Source: Camelus dromedarius (lineage: Eukaryota). Taken from it: a DNA stretch of 64,000 bases. Below are positions 35,075 to 49,140 of the stretch, one piece after another. Within the stretch, counting starts at the first letter, position 1. Each line of letters starts with the position of its first letter. A program made the position numbers and the translations under genes. Location: the NCBI RefSeq assembly GCF_036321535.1, contig NC_087437.1, positions 72,418,001 to 72,482,000 of the forward strand. The letters run 5' to 3'. The notes beneath the pieces were generated by a model. The model was given only the letters and a program-made list of their open reading frames with translations, did no database searches and was not told where the DNA came from.

Positions 35075-37932
35075 ATTTTTTTCATTTATTTATTATGAAT
35101 TTATTACTTATAGTGTTTTTATTGAGGTATAATTTACACACTGTGTGAGTTTGAAGTATACAACGTATCAATTTGATACAATTACCACCTTAGCTCTGTT
35201 AACACTGCTATCATGTCACATGATTATTTCTTTTTTGTGGTGAAAATATTTAAGATCTAGTCTCTTAGCAATTTAGGTATATAATACAGTATTGTTGACT
35301 ATAATCATTATGCTCTATATTAGATCTCCAGAACTTACTCATCTTCTAGTTGCAAATTTGTACCCTTTAACAACATCTCCCCAGTTCCCGTACCTCTCAC
35401 CCCGGATAACTACCATTCTACTCTGTTTCTGTGAGTTCAGCTTTTAAAATTCCACATATGGGTAATATAATATAGTATTTGTCTTCAAATACTTCATCTG
35501 GCTCATCTCACTAAGCATAATGCCTTCACAGTCCATCTACATTGTTGTAAATGGCAGGATTTCCTTCTTTCTCGTGGCTGCATAATATTCCAATAAATAT
35601 ATGTTGGAATATAGGATAATGGAATATTATATTATGTGAATTATATATAATACATCATCTTTATCCATTTTACCTGTTGCTGGACACTTAGGTTACTCTT
35701 TTTTTAGCCTTTAGACTGTAATTAAGTGGTTAACACACCACCCTAAGAATTAGAGTTTTCTAAATCTGACTGTATATTTACCTTTACTTGTGTGTTGTAT
35801 AATTTTGTATGTTTTCGTGTGACTAATTAGCACGTTTTCATTTCACCTTGAACTCCTTTCAGCATTCTTACAAGGCAGGTCTAGTGGTGGGGAGCTTCCT
35901 CAGTTTGTCTGTGAAAGTCTTTATCTCTCATGTAATATCATAATGATAACTTTGTTGCATAGAATGTTCTTGACTGTCATTTTTTTTTCTTTCTATACTT
36001 TTAATATGTCATTTTATTTTCTTTTGGCCTGTAGGGTTTCTGCTAAGAAATCTGCTGATAGCCTAATAAGGATTCCTTTGTAGATTTCAATCCTTTTTCC
36101 TCTGGCTGCTTTTAAGATTCTCTTTTTGTCTTTGATTTTTGATAGTTTCATTGTAATGTGTCTTTTAGAAGGTCTTTGGCATTGAGATAAAATGGTGATC
36201 TACTTCATGAATTTGGATGCCCTAGTCTCTCCACAGGTTTGGAAAGTTCTCAGCTATTATTTCTTTAAATAAGTTTTCTGCCCCTTTCTTCTCCTCTCCT
36301 CCTTTTGGAATCCCAATTATTCTAATATTTGTATGTTTGATGGAATCCTGTAGATCACATAGACTTTCTTTGTTCTTTTTAATTTTTTAAAATTTGTTCT
36401 CCTCTGATTGGGTTATTTCAAAGTTGCTATCCTCTGGAACATGGTTTCTATCTTCCATTTGGTGTACTCTGGTATAGATGCTCTCTGTTGCATTTGTCAT
36501 TTTATTCATTGAATATTTCAGCTCTGGAATTTCTGCTTGGTATATTTTTATGACTGTTATCTCTTCATTAAACTTGTCATTTTGTTCATGTATTGTTTTC
36601 ATGATTTTGTTGAATTGTCTTTTGGTATTTTCTTGTAGCTTGTTGAGTTACCTCAAAATAGGTATTTTGAATTTTTTATTAGCTAGATTGCAAAATTCCG
36701 TATCTTTGAGTTTAGTTATTGGAGGATTATTTTTATCTTTTGATGATGACGTGATTTCCTAGATTTCTCACTCTCCTTGGATTTTTCCTTTGCTGCTTTC
36801 ATATTTGAAATAACAGACACCTCCTCCAATATTTACTAGTTACTTTTGGGTGGGATGTACTGGTGGTCCTGGTGTAGCTGGAGTTTTCTCCAACCTTGTA
36901 TGCATATACCTGCTCCACACTTCTTTTTCTTTTTTGAGGCAGAATTCTTAAGTATTTGTGTTTCCTGTGATTCTTACATCGCACCAGGATGGCTGCTGAA
37001 AACCTCTCTTTTGTTTTCCGGAAGGTAGCGCTACAGTTCAAGTTTGCGGTTTCTCCCTTGTCACAGATCCTGATCTGGTTTCCTGAAAGCATTCTGTTTA
37101 TTGGCGTTCACTCTTGCTGCCACACTCAATAGCATGCAGAACTGACTGCAGAGTTGAAGGAGTATGACTTTGGCACTTGGGTCATTTGGGCGTGCCCATA
37201 GATCTGTGGTGGGAGATTCTTGGGTGAGGTTTTTCCAGAGGCTTATAGGTGAATTTCCTGCTGAAGTCCTGAGAAGAGTCAGCAGAAACTAAATCTCTTT
37301 AATGCCCTTTGATATTCTTATCTGCCTCTTTCCTGATCTATCCCCCCACCCCCAGATCATGGATGTCCCACCTCAGTACTTTGGGTACTACTGGAGAGAA
37401 CTGGGTTTCTCCAGCAGTGTCCCACACAGCTGGGGTAGCCAGGCACTCACTCACCACTTTCTCTTTCACTCTCAGGGGAGTCACCAGCAGCTAGTTTATC
37501 CCTGTGCTGTGTAGCCTTGGGGAAGGGATGGTGCTGGCAGTGTTTGTCTTGTCCTTTCCTGTGCATCCAAACTTATCATTTTCTTTTGCTCCAATGGCAT
37601 GCTGTAATTTTCTGTTGGAAGCCTGGTCTTCTACAAACTCTCTTTTGTTCATGGCCTTCTGCCAAGTCATCACTCTCCAGATTTTCCCTGACTTGTGGCC
37701 AAGAGGGTTGGGGCAGATTTGCTGGCTCCTGCTAGTTTCACAGACTGTACTGAAGTCTGTCTGCCTATTACCAAGTGCAGAGGTGAAGGAAACTCCTGCT
37801 GGCACCCTTGGTATATAATGTTGGAGCCACACCTTCTATAGAGGTACTTTTGTTTGTGGATGGATGCCTAATTGGTTGTTAAAACGGAAGTCATAGAGGA
37901 AGACATCTTATGGCACCATGATGCTGACATCA
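35075..37932 (-). mobile_element. L1 with 5'UTR and ORF1 joined directly to a 3' end (ORF2 absent)
   Basis: On the minus strand: 5' end TGATGTCAGCATCATGG at 37932, ORF1 coiled-coil remnant (ORF 36387-36602, KTIHEQNDKFNEEI..), ORF1 end and spacer to ~35700, then an L1MA-like 3' end 35697-35075. Confidence 0.8.
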
Positions 37933-38808
37933 TTGACATTTATAGTTTTATATGCAGAATTAAACATGTCTGGAGGCTGAGGAAAAGAAGCCAGTAGAGA
38001 GACTGATGTAAAACCTAGGAGAAGAAATAATGAGTGGCATGAAGTCCTGGGTAATGGAAACTGGGTGCGAGCCACAAAAAGAGAAGCGGCATTCTTTGAG
38101 TCATGACAGAAAGAGAAAATAGATAGAAAAAAAACAAGAGAAAAAATGAGAGACTGGACCTATGCTTGAATGTTCCTTTTGTGATTTTCTGTATCACAAA
38201 CATAAATGCCCTATTCTGTATTCCTCCGTGAGAATGATAGTGTCAGAGAAAAATGTCACTGTGCTGCAAGACATGTAGAAGTCTCTATAGTTAGATCCAG
38301 AACCATGAAATTATTACACCTTTGGAAGTTCCAGTCCGAAATGTTTGGAATATATACCTATTTCTGCAAGTAACCCTGGGTAGCTCAGGCATTGTGGAGA
38401 AACTGAAGGGTGCAGGAGTTGATTTAACACCCTAAAGCTTTGCAGCTTTGGGAGCAACAGGAGACAGGACCCAAGACTGGGAGGCACTGTTCTCACCACT
38501 TGCAAAAGTGGTCATGGAGACGTACCCCCCATAAATGAATCAAATATCAGTCTCAAAGGACATGTGCTCCTGAGCACATCTGATAACTTTCTAGAGATGC
38601 TTCAAGAAGTAACTGGAAGATATTTTGACTGGAGGGACAAGGAGGCAGAAACTGACCAAAGTCCTGAGTCAGGCACTAGGAGACAAGTTGGCAAAATTTG
38701 GATTACCAATATTAATGTCACCTTATTTGTACCCATAGACTCATGAGATTAGATGACATCTAGACAGCACGAATTTCAGCAAGTCATTTTTACTTACTTC
38801 TTAAATAC

Positions 38809-39114
38809 TGTAAAAAGTTAATGAACAGAAACCTCAATTAAATAAAGTTGGAATACCAGAAGGGGGCGCTCTCACACCCTGAGACCTCCTCTTTTTTTCT
38901 GGCAATAATTCAACCAATGAAAACCCATGGACTCTTTGTTCACTATAGTCTTCCCAACTTCCTTTTCCCCTTTATAAGAGTTCTTCTCTTTCTGTGCAGG
39001 GACTTGCACGTGGCTCGCCATGAATGCAGATCTCAAATTGAAATTCTTTGCTGATCGCCAATAAACCCATTTTTGCTGGAAAAATAACTAGCAGTCAACT
39101 CATTTTAGGTCAAC
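38809..39114 (+). mobile_element. ERV1-like solo LTR (short)
   Basis: TG start, CCAAT, TTTATAAG, AATAAA at ~39060, end ttaggtcaac. No clear TSD. Confidence 0.6.
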
Positions 39115-39639
39115 TAGAGAATTCACCCTTAGTAGCTGCAGCATTTCGTTTTAGAGGTTTAAATCCTAAATTAGAAACTGGGGCAGAGATAGCACAGTTC
39201 ATGTGATAGCCACGTGTAAGATTTGAAGAATTTTTTTTCCCATGAAGAGATACTATCTCAGCTGGGGAGCTGGGGACATGTGTAGACTCTGAGCTAGGGA
39301 CAGATATGCATCACTGACTGTATAAGATCGTGCCATCCACATCTTATATGTGTTTACTGCCGTCAAGATTATCAATGTACTCTTGTCTTTAATTTCATCC
39401 TCAATTGCAGTGCTCAAGTGCTCCTTGTGGTGTCCTTATATTGTCAAAAAAATGCCCTGAATGGCAAGTTTAGAGAGATAAAAATTCTAACTTCTTTTAA
39501 AGAAACAATGCCTAAAATATATTTTCATTTGTATTGCTTCACAAGAAATAACTTCAAGTGTGGAATGTGTACATTATTCCTACATTTTAAGAATTAGGTT
39601 TATAGTTTATGAGTTGTCTTCTAAAGGCACACCCTTCAT

Positions 39640-40130
39640 ATCTTTCAGTTTATATCTCTGGCCCTCATCTAAGCTCCAGCGTCACAGATCTAACTCTTTA
39701 ACTGAAAACTTTACTTAAATGCCTGATATAAATCTCAAACTTAACATGTCAAGCACAAAACTCTTAATCTCCTTCCTCTTTCAAGCCTGCCTCTGCTTTC
39801 TTTTTGGTTTAAGTAAATGACATCCTATCTGTTTAGTTATGTCCAAAACCTAGGAAACATCTATGATTTTCCTTTTATTCTTCCTGTTACTTCAGCCCAT
39901 CAGCTAATTCATCCTCAAAAATGTATCCTTATCTTCTCCATTCATCACCATATCCTTTACTATCACCCTATTCACAACCACTGTAATTTCTTCCTGTGAT
40001 GGTAAGAACTTCCCCAACTTTCCCACCTCCTACCTTGACTGCCTAAGACACATTCTTCACTCAGCAGCCAGAATTATCTTTTCAAAAACATAGCCTATCT
40101 TATGTCATTTTCATATTTAAAATCCTCCTA
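39640..40130 (-). mobile_element. L2 fragment
   Basis: atctcaaacttaacatgtc..aaactcttaatct..; cattcttcactcagcagccagaattatcttttcaaaa. Confidence 0.75.
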
Positions 40131-41243
40131 TTGAGATTTTAGGGGGATAATAAACAACTTCCTGTTTCAGCTCCCAAGTCTGGATTCAAATGAGAGAGAG
40201 ATGTATTTGGACAGATAACACAAAATACTAGTTTTGTCATTGATAATGCTTGGACTGTTGTGTAGAAGTGACTATGGCCATAAAGACTCAATAATATTTA
40301 ACTTAACTACCTATTTATTTTCCCTCATTTTAAAGTGCAGTTAGTATTTGGGGAAAGCAACATCATGAAGATAAGAACAGAACTGTCCTTATGAATTTCT
40401 GATCTTCTTCCCCAAGAGATATTTCACGCCACTGGTGGTCCATAGGCTAAAGTATTGAGCTCAAAGTTTAAAGAGAACAAAAAAAAATAATAACCTTTGC
40501 CTTAAGTTTTCTAACCTCTGCCCTTCCTCAAAGAGATGTGTTTGACTTGATTTGTAAGTTTGAAAAAGGGACAAGACTTGGTTGGGTCTACCCCTTCTGG
40601 AACATCTTGTTGTCTTTCATTCCCCAGAGAGATTTGGTCTGTTTTCTGCTTAGTTAGAAGCCATCTGCCCTGCATGGGGCCCTGAAGCTGTGGACCTGTG
40701 CTGTGAATGGACTGGTACATTCTCTGCCTCAGAAACTCCTACTCGATGGTTAACATCCAGCTGGAAGGTCACCTCCCCTGTGAAGTCCTTTCTAGGCAGG
40801 ATTCATTTCTCATGCTTCTTTGTTATTGTAACATCTGGTACATACTTTTGCATTTTACTAACCTAACCTACTATATATAAATATTTTTTGTCTTATTGTT
40901 TTTATGTTTGTATTCTGTACCACACTCAGCTTCTCAAGGATAGAAACAGTAGCTTTTTTTTTATTTTGTTTTTTTGACTTCATGTTCCCAGATCCCTGGT
41001 ACAGAATAAGTACTCAGAAAAAATTTGTTGAGTAAATTAAATTTTGTTTTCTTCCATTCTTTTTTCTTTCTTTCCTACATTCCTTTTTTCCTTTCCACCT
41101 TCTTTCTTCCTCTTTCTCTCTTTCTTTACCTATCTCTAAATCTAGCTCTCTATTTCTCTCTCTTTTCTGTTTTCTACTTTTTGAATCACCTAAACAGTAT
41201 TTTTTATTTAGTGGGTATTTTCTTGGCAAACACATACCCATGA

Positions 41244-41603
41244 TGCTATAGGCTTAATGTTTTTGTCCCCTCAAAACTCATGTTGAAACCTAATTCCCAA
41301 TGTGATGGTATTAAGGAGGTGGGGCCTTTGGAAGATGGTTAGGTCATGAAGGTGGAGCCCTCATGAAGTGGGATTAGTACCCTTATAAAAGACACTCCAG
41401 AGGGCTCCCTTACCTCTTCCATCACATGAAGACATGTGGAGATACAGCAAGAAGACAGTCATGTATGAACCAGGAAGCCAGACACCGAATCTGCAGGTAC
41501 CTTGAACTTGGACTTCCAGCCTTCGAAACTGTGAGAAATAAATGTTGTTTAAACCACCCAGTTTATGACATTTTTGTTATAGCATTGCAAAAGAACTAAG
41601 ACA
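41244..41603 (+). mobile_element. MLT1A-like MaLR solo LTR
   Basis: TGCTATAGG..aagaactaagaCA. Clearly similar to the copy at 9534-9883. Confidence 0.9.
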
Positions 41604-42189
41604 TGTGTATTATTCAATAGTGTTGTCTATTAATCAGTCTTAAAACCCTTAACTAGATCATAAGAGGTATTTAGGTCAAATAAATGTGTCCGTAATTACT
41701 CTGTTGTGTTGTAATATCCATGTGCAATCTATTATATTTGCCTGTCTGCAGACATTAGGGGCAGCCTATATTTTGATATCTTTACCATCTCTCAAATGTT
41801 ACAAAACCTATTTTAAGTAAATAAATCACTGATATAAGCATATCCTACCTCAGTACCTGATCACTATTTAATTGTCCCAATCTATGTGAGCAAAATTTAT
41901 TTTCTGTCTCTCATCTGTTCGTGCTCATCAATTTACACCTGAAAACAGCTGGACAGGTTTTCACCAAGATTGAAAGGTATGCTTAACATGGTAAATTGGT
42001 TACTTAATAACTGAATTTATGAGCTCACATAACTGAAAAGTCTAGACTCTCACCTTTGGAGCACCTTGATGAGAAGCTTACAATAAAACTGTCAGAATCT
42101 GGATTATTTTTGTCTGTCTTCTGGTTCTTCTCACCTCTATTTTGGATCAGTCCTCAGCCAGGCTCTGTCTGTAGCAGCTCCAGAACATA

Positions 42190-42520
42190 TATCTTTGAAA
42201 CTCTAAATTCCAGTCCTTGTCTCAGGAAGATCAAAGTGAAGCCTCAGAACTACAAGTCAGAGATGGATTGTGCAGACTTGGATCCTATGTCCACTTGAAT
42301 CTTGACTCCAGTTATGACCAGACTAAACTGTAACGCAGAACTGTATTGTCTGAATTTTGGTCACAAGGGCATCCCCGGAGCCAGGGGTGAAGTCAGCTTC
42401 ACCCTACACGTGTTGACAGAAGCATGAGGAAGGATGACTGCCTCAAACCAAATCAGGGTCCTGTGACCACGAGATTAGGGTCTTGACTGTGGGGAGAAAA
42501 ACCAACAACTGTCCATTATA
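42190..42520. mobile_element. Old MLT1 (MLT1J-like) fragment
   Basis: ccccggagccaggggtgaagtcagcttcaccc..aaatcagggtc..aacaactgtccattata. Confidence 0.55.
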
Positions 42521-43289
42521 GACGTCCTGATACACAGTCTGGTCTCTTGCGTGCATGTGAAACTCCCTTTGGGGGCTTCACAAAAAGAGGCAGTTATTCT
42601 TCAGGAAACATCAAATTGATGTTTGGAAAGATGCCCATAAACTGCTGATCAGGAAAGACCATTCATATTAAAAGGCTGTGAATAGATAAAGAAAACACTG
42701 GATTCCAGTATGAGCCAAAAATGAAAATCATAAAAACAGATCCTTCAAGACTCTGGTATTGAGCCATCACTGCACTGTCTCTTAAGAGAGCTTTCTCCTG
42801 ACTGAGAGGTCACAGGATTTATTTGATTTGACGACTGTTAACATGCTGAATAGCAATACTCAGGGGTCAGCTGATGATCAAATATAATTGTGCATCTTCA
42901 ACTTGCTCACTCTGAACTCTCTTTTCCCTGGTCCACGTACTCTGGCTGGGTTCTACTCCACCAAGAGCCTGACGGGAAAGAAGGCTCCTCTTCAGTCATT
43001 AGACCAAGGAGGTTGATAGAATATAAATGCTTTTCTGAAGCATTTTTCTGTTGTGGTACAAGGGAATGCTGTCCAAATGTAGGAGGAAATAGGCTTCCTT
43101 TGCTATAAGTTAATGAAGTTTTTATTGAACACTTATAATGCTTTTAGCCCTACCAGAGTGAACTTAGCAAAGGAGTGACATCTGCCTAAATTCATCCTCT
43201 CTGTTTATCTCATTCATAGCTACTATGGGATTTTTGGTTTCTTAATTAACAAAATTCACATACGTACATAACATACTTTCAAAAAATCA

Positions 43290-43560
43290 GTATTCTGAAA
43301 GCCTGCTGTGTTGTACCAGGCACCGTGTTAGATGCTATGAGTACAAGAAAGACATTTTCCCTTTCTTCATTGACCTTCCAGGATAGTAATGAAGATATTA
43401 AGCAAATAACCATACAATCATTAATTATGGCTGCAAGTGTCACAAACAAACCAAAAAAAGTACAATATGCAATGAGAGCTAATTAAGATGGGGATCTGAC
43501 TTAATCTGGAGGTTAGGGAAAGTTTGCTGGAGGAAATGAGACCAGGAATCTGAGCAGCCA
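43290..43560 (+). mobile_element. L2 3' region fragment
   Basis: ccaggcaccgtgttagatgct..; ggaggttagggaaagtttgctggaggaaatga. Confidence 0.6.
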
Positions 43561-44534
43561 TAGGAAAGGAGGTGTGCTGTCTGAGTCCCATCAGGAGACG
43601 GTAATTTAAACAGGGTAAGTTTAATATAAAAGTGATCAAGCTAAGATAGAAGACTAACAATGTGGATGGAAAGAGAGCTCTAAACAATATCTTAGGGCTG
43701 GGGAGCATACCCAAGGAAAGACACACTTCCAAGGAAGGTTCAGCTCTCATTGAAAGAGGGGGTTGAAGGAGATGTCATTACAGCACCCTGGAGGGTGGAG
43801 AGGTTTTCTGGATTGGCTGGGTCAGAGCTGGTCCACAGTCTCTGAGCAGGGGATGGGCAGGCAGACTGGTAGACAGCCAAGCAGAAAGTGTGGGGTACAC
43901 AGTGGGGGTTGGAGGTACCACAGTATGGAGAGGATGCCCTCTACAGGAACCCAGTACACTCCCATGTGCAGCTCAGGGTAGGGCAGCTCTGGGCCAGCAT
44001 GGGTACCCATGTGGTTGAGGGAAGGTATAGAGAACAGTGACCTGAGCTAGGACATAGGCCCGCACTATCTGAGCTACTGCTGTAGTCAAGAATTGAAGAA
44101 AACATGCAGCCAAATGCTGGAGAAAGCTGCGGCAAGCAGGCACCTAGCACTGCTGAAAAACATGGGCCAAGCCCCGAAGCAACAACCATGCTCTCCAAGA
44201 GCCTGGCAAATGAAGCGCTGGAACGGGGAAAGAACCCCTTGTTCCTCCAGTCTCTCTCCAGCACCCACAAATGGTAAGATTTAATGTCATGTCAGCTGCT
44301 GAAAGGAAAGTTTTGAAAGGGCTCAGATCCATTTTCATAGATCAGGCGACAAGGTAATACGTTGATAATGGCACAGGGGTAAAGAATGTTTCAAGCAGAA
44401 GGAACAATACATAGGAAGCTCTTTGAAAAACCCTAGATGGGGTCAAGTTGCTGAAAGAAGGCCATGTGGCCCTGAGAGTCCCATTTAGAGGGGTAGGGTG
44501 AGACTAAAGAGGACAGGAGAGGCCAGGAAGCAAT

Positions 44535-45070
44535 TCAAATGGGCTTAAGTCATAAAAAAAAAAAAAATTACTGGCTCTCATAATAGAAAATTCTAGTAGT
44601 AATGTGAGCTTCAGGCAAGAGTTTATCCAGCAACCCAAATACGGACCAAATGAACTAATTCATTACCTGCCCCCCTCTCTGCTTTCTGCAGATGTCTTAC
44701 AGTGCTGTCAACATAACTGTGGTTCCATTTTTTGCATATGATAGCTACCAGTTCTCCTGGAGGTTCTGTGCTTCCTGGCTCACATCAGGAAGAGACTTTT
44801 TTAAAAAAGAAATCTCACCCACTTCTCTCTTGGAAGAGTAGAATGCTGCTTTTCCCTGACAATCCAGTTAATTTCTCCTCCACGCTCTTTTTCTCCAATT
44901 TCCTGCCCCAGACAAATGCTGCATACTGACTGGCTGAAACCAATAAGGGCCTACCAGTTAGGACTATTTAGATTATGGGTGGGATCACCTTCCTCAAAAG
45001 CACATAATAATTGGGGTTATGCTTCAGGGAGGGGTAGGGAATAGAGTCTGACTGACCAGCAAACTAACAA
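44535..45070. mobile_element. MLT1K-like fragment nested in L2 pieces
   Basis: caaatgggcttaag..tactggctctcataatagaaaattctag..gcttcaggcaagagtttatccag. L2-like flanks at 44370-44520 and 45130-45450. Confidence 0.55.
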
Positions 45071-46579
45071 AAATGTACATCCTATGTGAGGACTCCAGTC
45101 TAACAATAATATAAAGAAAATCGCTAGCTGATGTTTGGATAGTTAATTGGAGGGAAAAAAGAGGGTGACGGGAGACAAATCTAAAGTCTCTGGAAGTCAT
45201 TCAAGTGAGAGAGGATGAGACAGCAGAAAATGGAGAGGAGGTGGAGGTGTATTCAAGAAATATTTAACAGGTAGAACTTTTGAGACTTGGTAGCAAGTTG
45301 GATATGGAGACTGAGTGAGATGGTGGCATTAGTGGTAACACCCAGGGTTTGAATGCCTAGGAAGAAACGGAAATTCCTTTTACTGCAGGTTCTGATGGAG
45401 AGAAAGTATTTGGAGGTTAAATACCACTTTAGTTTTAGACATGTTGATTAAGTGAGCACAATAATGGAGAAAAATTACAATGCCAGTTTTTATGGAGTTG
45501 TTTCACTATTTTCAAATTCCCGCATTTTATTTAAAAATGTGATTGGAATTCATACAATTATTAAAAAACCCACATAACTAAATATATAACACATTTTAAA
45601 TGTAAAAATTTATATATGTATTATAAAATATCAAATAAAATGTAAACTTATAAGTATTTAATATACCTTATTATTCTAATGTAAATTACTAGTCTTGCTA
45701 GCTTTGCTGCTTCCTTCAGCATCAATTCCTTTAGCCTCAGAGCCTCTTCTGACCTTTGCCTCTGTTGGAGCTGGTCCCTTTGAGCATCAGTATTACCATC
45801 CTGTGTTTAGCTCCCAGAGCTCTTCTCTGCCCTGGCCCTGCAGGATTCTGTACTTGTCTTCCATTCAGACTCGTCCTGCCCATGTTCTAAAACCTCCCTT
45901 ATGTCCTCTTAGGGAAGAGAGCCTCCCACTTCAGATGGCTTCTTACCCAGTCCTTATTGAGTCATTTATCCTTAGTAGGGCTGCGGTACAGAGAGCAAAG
46001 GGAAGATGGAAGAGGGGGTCAGGAGGCTGCATAGTTGAGAGGGCCTGGCAGGGCTTAAAATAGGGGTGTTGAGGGTGGGAGCAGGAGGAAGAGATAGAGA
46101 ATTTGTCTGAACAGAATCCACCCTCTTCTCTTCAGCCCTCTATGACTCTTCATTATGTGAGACTTCTGGGATTCATTCTGTGTCTCTGAATCACAGTTTC
46201 TAAATTCAAGTTGTTTTTCCTATTTCAATGGAAATCTGAATCCAATGTTAATGGACTTCTTTCAGTAAATGAACAAAAAGATGTTTTGAGAAATTTCTCT
46301 TAAGAATTCTGGGTCAGTATGAGAATTAAATATTAACTGGAAGAAATTACCTTTTATTTACTTCAATAGCACCATTACTCATTGGATTTTTCCACAGTCT
46401 TTTGGATTATTTTCCTCACAGAAAAAGGAACTCAGTGAATTAAGTGAATGAAATACACAATCATAATGAAGTCACAAAGATTACATAATACTTTTTGGAT
46501 ACAAAAAATAAACTTTTAAGGTAAGATCCAAAGGAAGATTTTTAAAAATACTGTCTAAATCGGGGGAAGTGCAGTTCGG

Positions 46580-46655
46580 TGAGAGAGAGAGACAGACAGT
46601 GAGAAAGAGAGAAATACAGAGAAAAAGAGAGGAAGACAGAGAGAGAGAGAGAGAG
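46580..46655 (+). repeat. Imperfect (GA)n purine tract
   Basis: gagagagagagacagacagtgagaaagagag..gagagagagagagag. Confidence 0.8.
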
Positions 46656-47119
46656 GATGTGATCTTACACCAATTACATGTGTTTCCTAAGCAACCTACT
46701 TGATATCTCGAGGTAACCCCTGTTACAAGACTGGACTGTGTTTCAAGTGTCCGTTTGTGTTCTTTTGTGTAGGTCTTGGAACTGTGTTAGGACAATAATG
46801 TCCTCAAGAATCAGTAATAATCTATTTAACTTTCAATATGCCTGAACTTCTGCAATAGCAGTAATTTACTAGCCAATGGAATTATGGCATTGAATAAAAA
46901 TGCACTCAAATCCATAATGTCAGATTCTGGGAACATATCTCTTCATTCAGGAAAGGCTCACATTCCTCATCTCCTACACACTAGTAATAGGGATAGTCCC
47001 CTGGTGATGACTTCATGGCTTGGACAGTCTTTGGAGTGAGAATGGGAAAGGAACTGGGAGGAAGATGAGTATACTGTAAGAACGGAGCATGGCTAAAGAA
47101 GAGACCAAGGGATATGGCT

Positions 47120-47352
47120 AAACCTTCCACAAGGCACAGGACAACCCCCCACAACAAAGAACCATCCATCCCAGGGTTCAGCGGTGTTGAGGCCGAGAAC
47201 GTGTGGCATAGAACATCACTTTGGAATTAGTCAGAAATGCAAATTACCATGTGCCACCCGGATTTAATGAAGCAGTAACTGAAGGCAGGGCCCAGCATTT
47301 GTGGTTTAAGAATTCTTCCAGGTGATTTTGATTCTCAAGTCTGAGAACTACT
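47120..47352. mobile_element. MER20 fragment adjoining a MER5A-like MITE
   Basis: gcacaggacaaccccccacaacaaagaa..gttgaggccgagaac (MER20 end), then agaaatgcaaatt..gggcccagca..ccaggtgattttgatt..aagtctgagaactactg (MER5). Confidence 0.75.
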
Positions 47353-48019
47353 GGAAGAAAGATAACCTTGATTGACTATAATTTTTAAATAATATAAAAT
47401 GTGATTAGCCTATAATTGGAGTATAACTTTTAAATAATGTCAATCTTTTGCCAGTTTCACTTCTTTATGATATTCAATTTCACTGTAAAAATTGTTTTTG
47501 AAACTCTACACCACCTAAAGAGACCATGATTGAAAATAGTTGGTTGTTGGTTGCTTAGCCTTAGATTTCAGAGAGGTGTGGCCCAGTTCACAACCTGAGG
47601 TAACAGCAAAAAACTGAAAAAAAAAAAAAAATTTCTTTAAAGGGAATTTTTCTGATGGCTAGATGACCTGTTAACAAAGCCATGTTTATTTCAGGATGAT
47701 CAGTCATATTCAGGTAGGATGTCAGTGATTTCCTAACGTGGTTAATTTAATTTCTCAATGATGAAAAATGTCATAATATTAAGATTGACTAATCAGAATA
47801 TCTCACATAGTCTGATGTGGTGACCTAAATATAACTGATGATCCAGGAAGAATGAAGGACCAATCCAGAGTTTTACCTAAGGGACATGGCAGAACCTCAT
47901 GTCTGATGTTGAGTATATATTAATACTGAAATGGTAAGATTTTGGTGAAGATGAAGGAAAATGTTGAAATTCCTCCCAAAGTAAACAAAACACATACTAC
48001 TTGTAGAGTGACTGATGCA

Positions 48020-48160
48020 ACAGCAGTGTTGGCGACATGTGGGAGCTGTTGTAATTCGGAATCTCAGTCCCACTGCAGACTCATTGAATCAAATCTATGG
48101 GCACTTTGTTTCCATAAGTTCTCCAGGTGGTTCACATGCACATAAGAGTTTGAGAAGCAC
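48020..48160. mobile_element. MER5-like fragment
   Basis: ggaatctcagtcccac..actcattgaatcaaatct..ccaggtggttcacatgcacataagagtttgagaagcact. Confidence 0.7.
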
Positions 48161-48989
48161 TTGAATAACTCAAGAACCATGTTGTATAAGAAGTAGATAA
48201 TTCCTTTTTGTTTTTGCTTCTGATATACGATAGAAATGTCCTTAAGAGATCCATTATTCATGATACTTGAATGTACAAGGACACCAAATTCAGTCAACTT
48301 TGTTCTCTGATTTCTTTGGAAAAGAAGTATCATATTTTTGAAATAGAAAACTTCCCAATTGGGTGTCTGTTGCCAAAGTTGGGTAATTTTTTGTTGCCAT
48401 CATCCAGGCAGATACAAGAAGGAAGGCCATGTCTGCAATATACAATTCTTTCCTCTTTTCTTTCATGACTCCTTCTCAGCCTCCTATCACCACTGCACAG
48501 TTTATACTTTCATTAATTCAACAAATAGTTGCCAAGCATCCAGTGTGCGCCAGGCTCTGTTCTAAGTGTTGGCAATTTACAGAAAAAAACATAGCTCATG
48601 TCTGTATTTGAGGGCATATTTTCCAATAAACTGTATACAAGTGAGATAAATGGCTGATGTTCAGTTATCTTTTTCAAGTGTCAAGTAAATTTGGCACAAG
48701 TTTAAAACATTAAATAGATGAAGTAAGTGACAGATTCATGGTCTAATGTTATTTGCTCATTTTTGAGGCATGTTTTTTAAATAGGTCCCTTTATGAACTT
48801 TCTGTTGTAATAGGTTTTTTTCTTTTCTTTATCTTTAGAACAGATGACAAATAAATGAGCAAGGATAAAGCAATAGAATAAAGTCTACGATGAGTCAGGA
48901 TGTCTCCCCCTAACTAAAGTGAAAAAAATGTAATTTACTTTTTTCATGTATCTGACATTCTTTCAGACAATATATACTGAAAAAGGGAA

Positions 48990-49140
48990 AGTACTGGGCA
49001 TTGCAAGAAAGGGATTTGAGTCCTGCCTTTGCCACTAACTAGCTATGAGACGTTGAGTCAGTCCCATCACATTTCTGAACCTCAGTCTCCTAATATGTAA
49101 AGTGACAATAAATGGAATACAGTTTATGAAAGTGCTTTGA
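48990..49140 (+). mobile_element. MIR SINE
   Basis: tttgagtcctgcctttgccactaactagctatgagacgttgag..tctgaacctcagtctcctaatatgtaaa. Further MIR pieces near 1990-2090, 50330-50530 and 58090-58210. Confidence 0.8.

Noticed and set aside
36387..36602. Coiled-coil ORF as a host gene
   Set aside because: Remnant of L1 ORF1.
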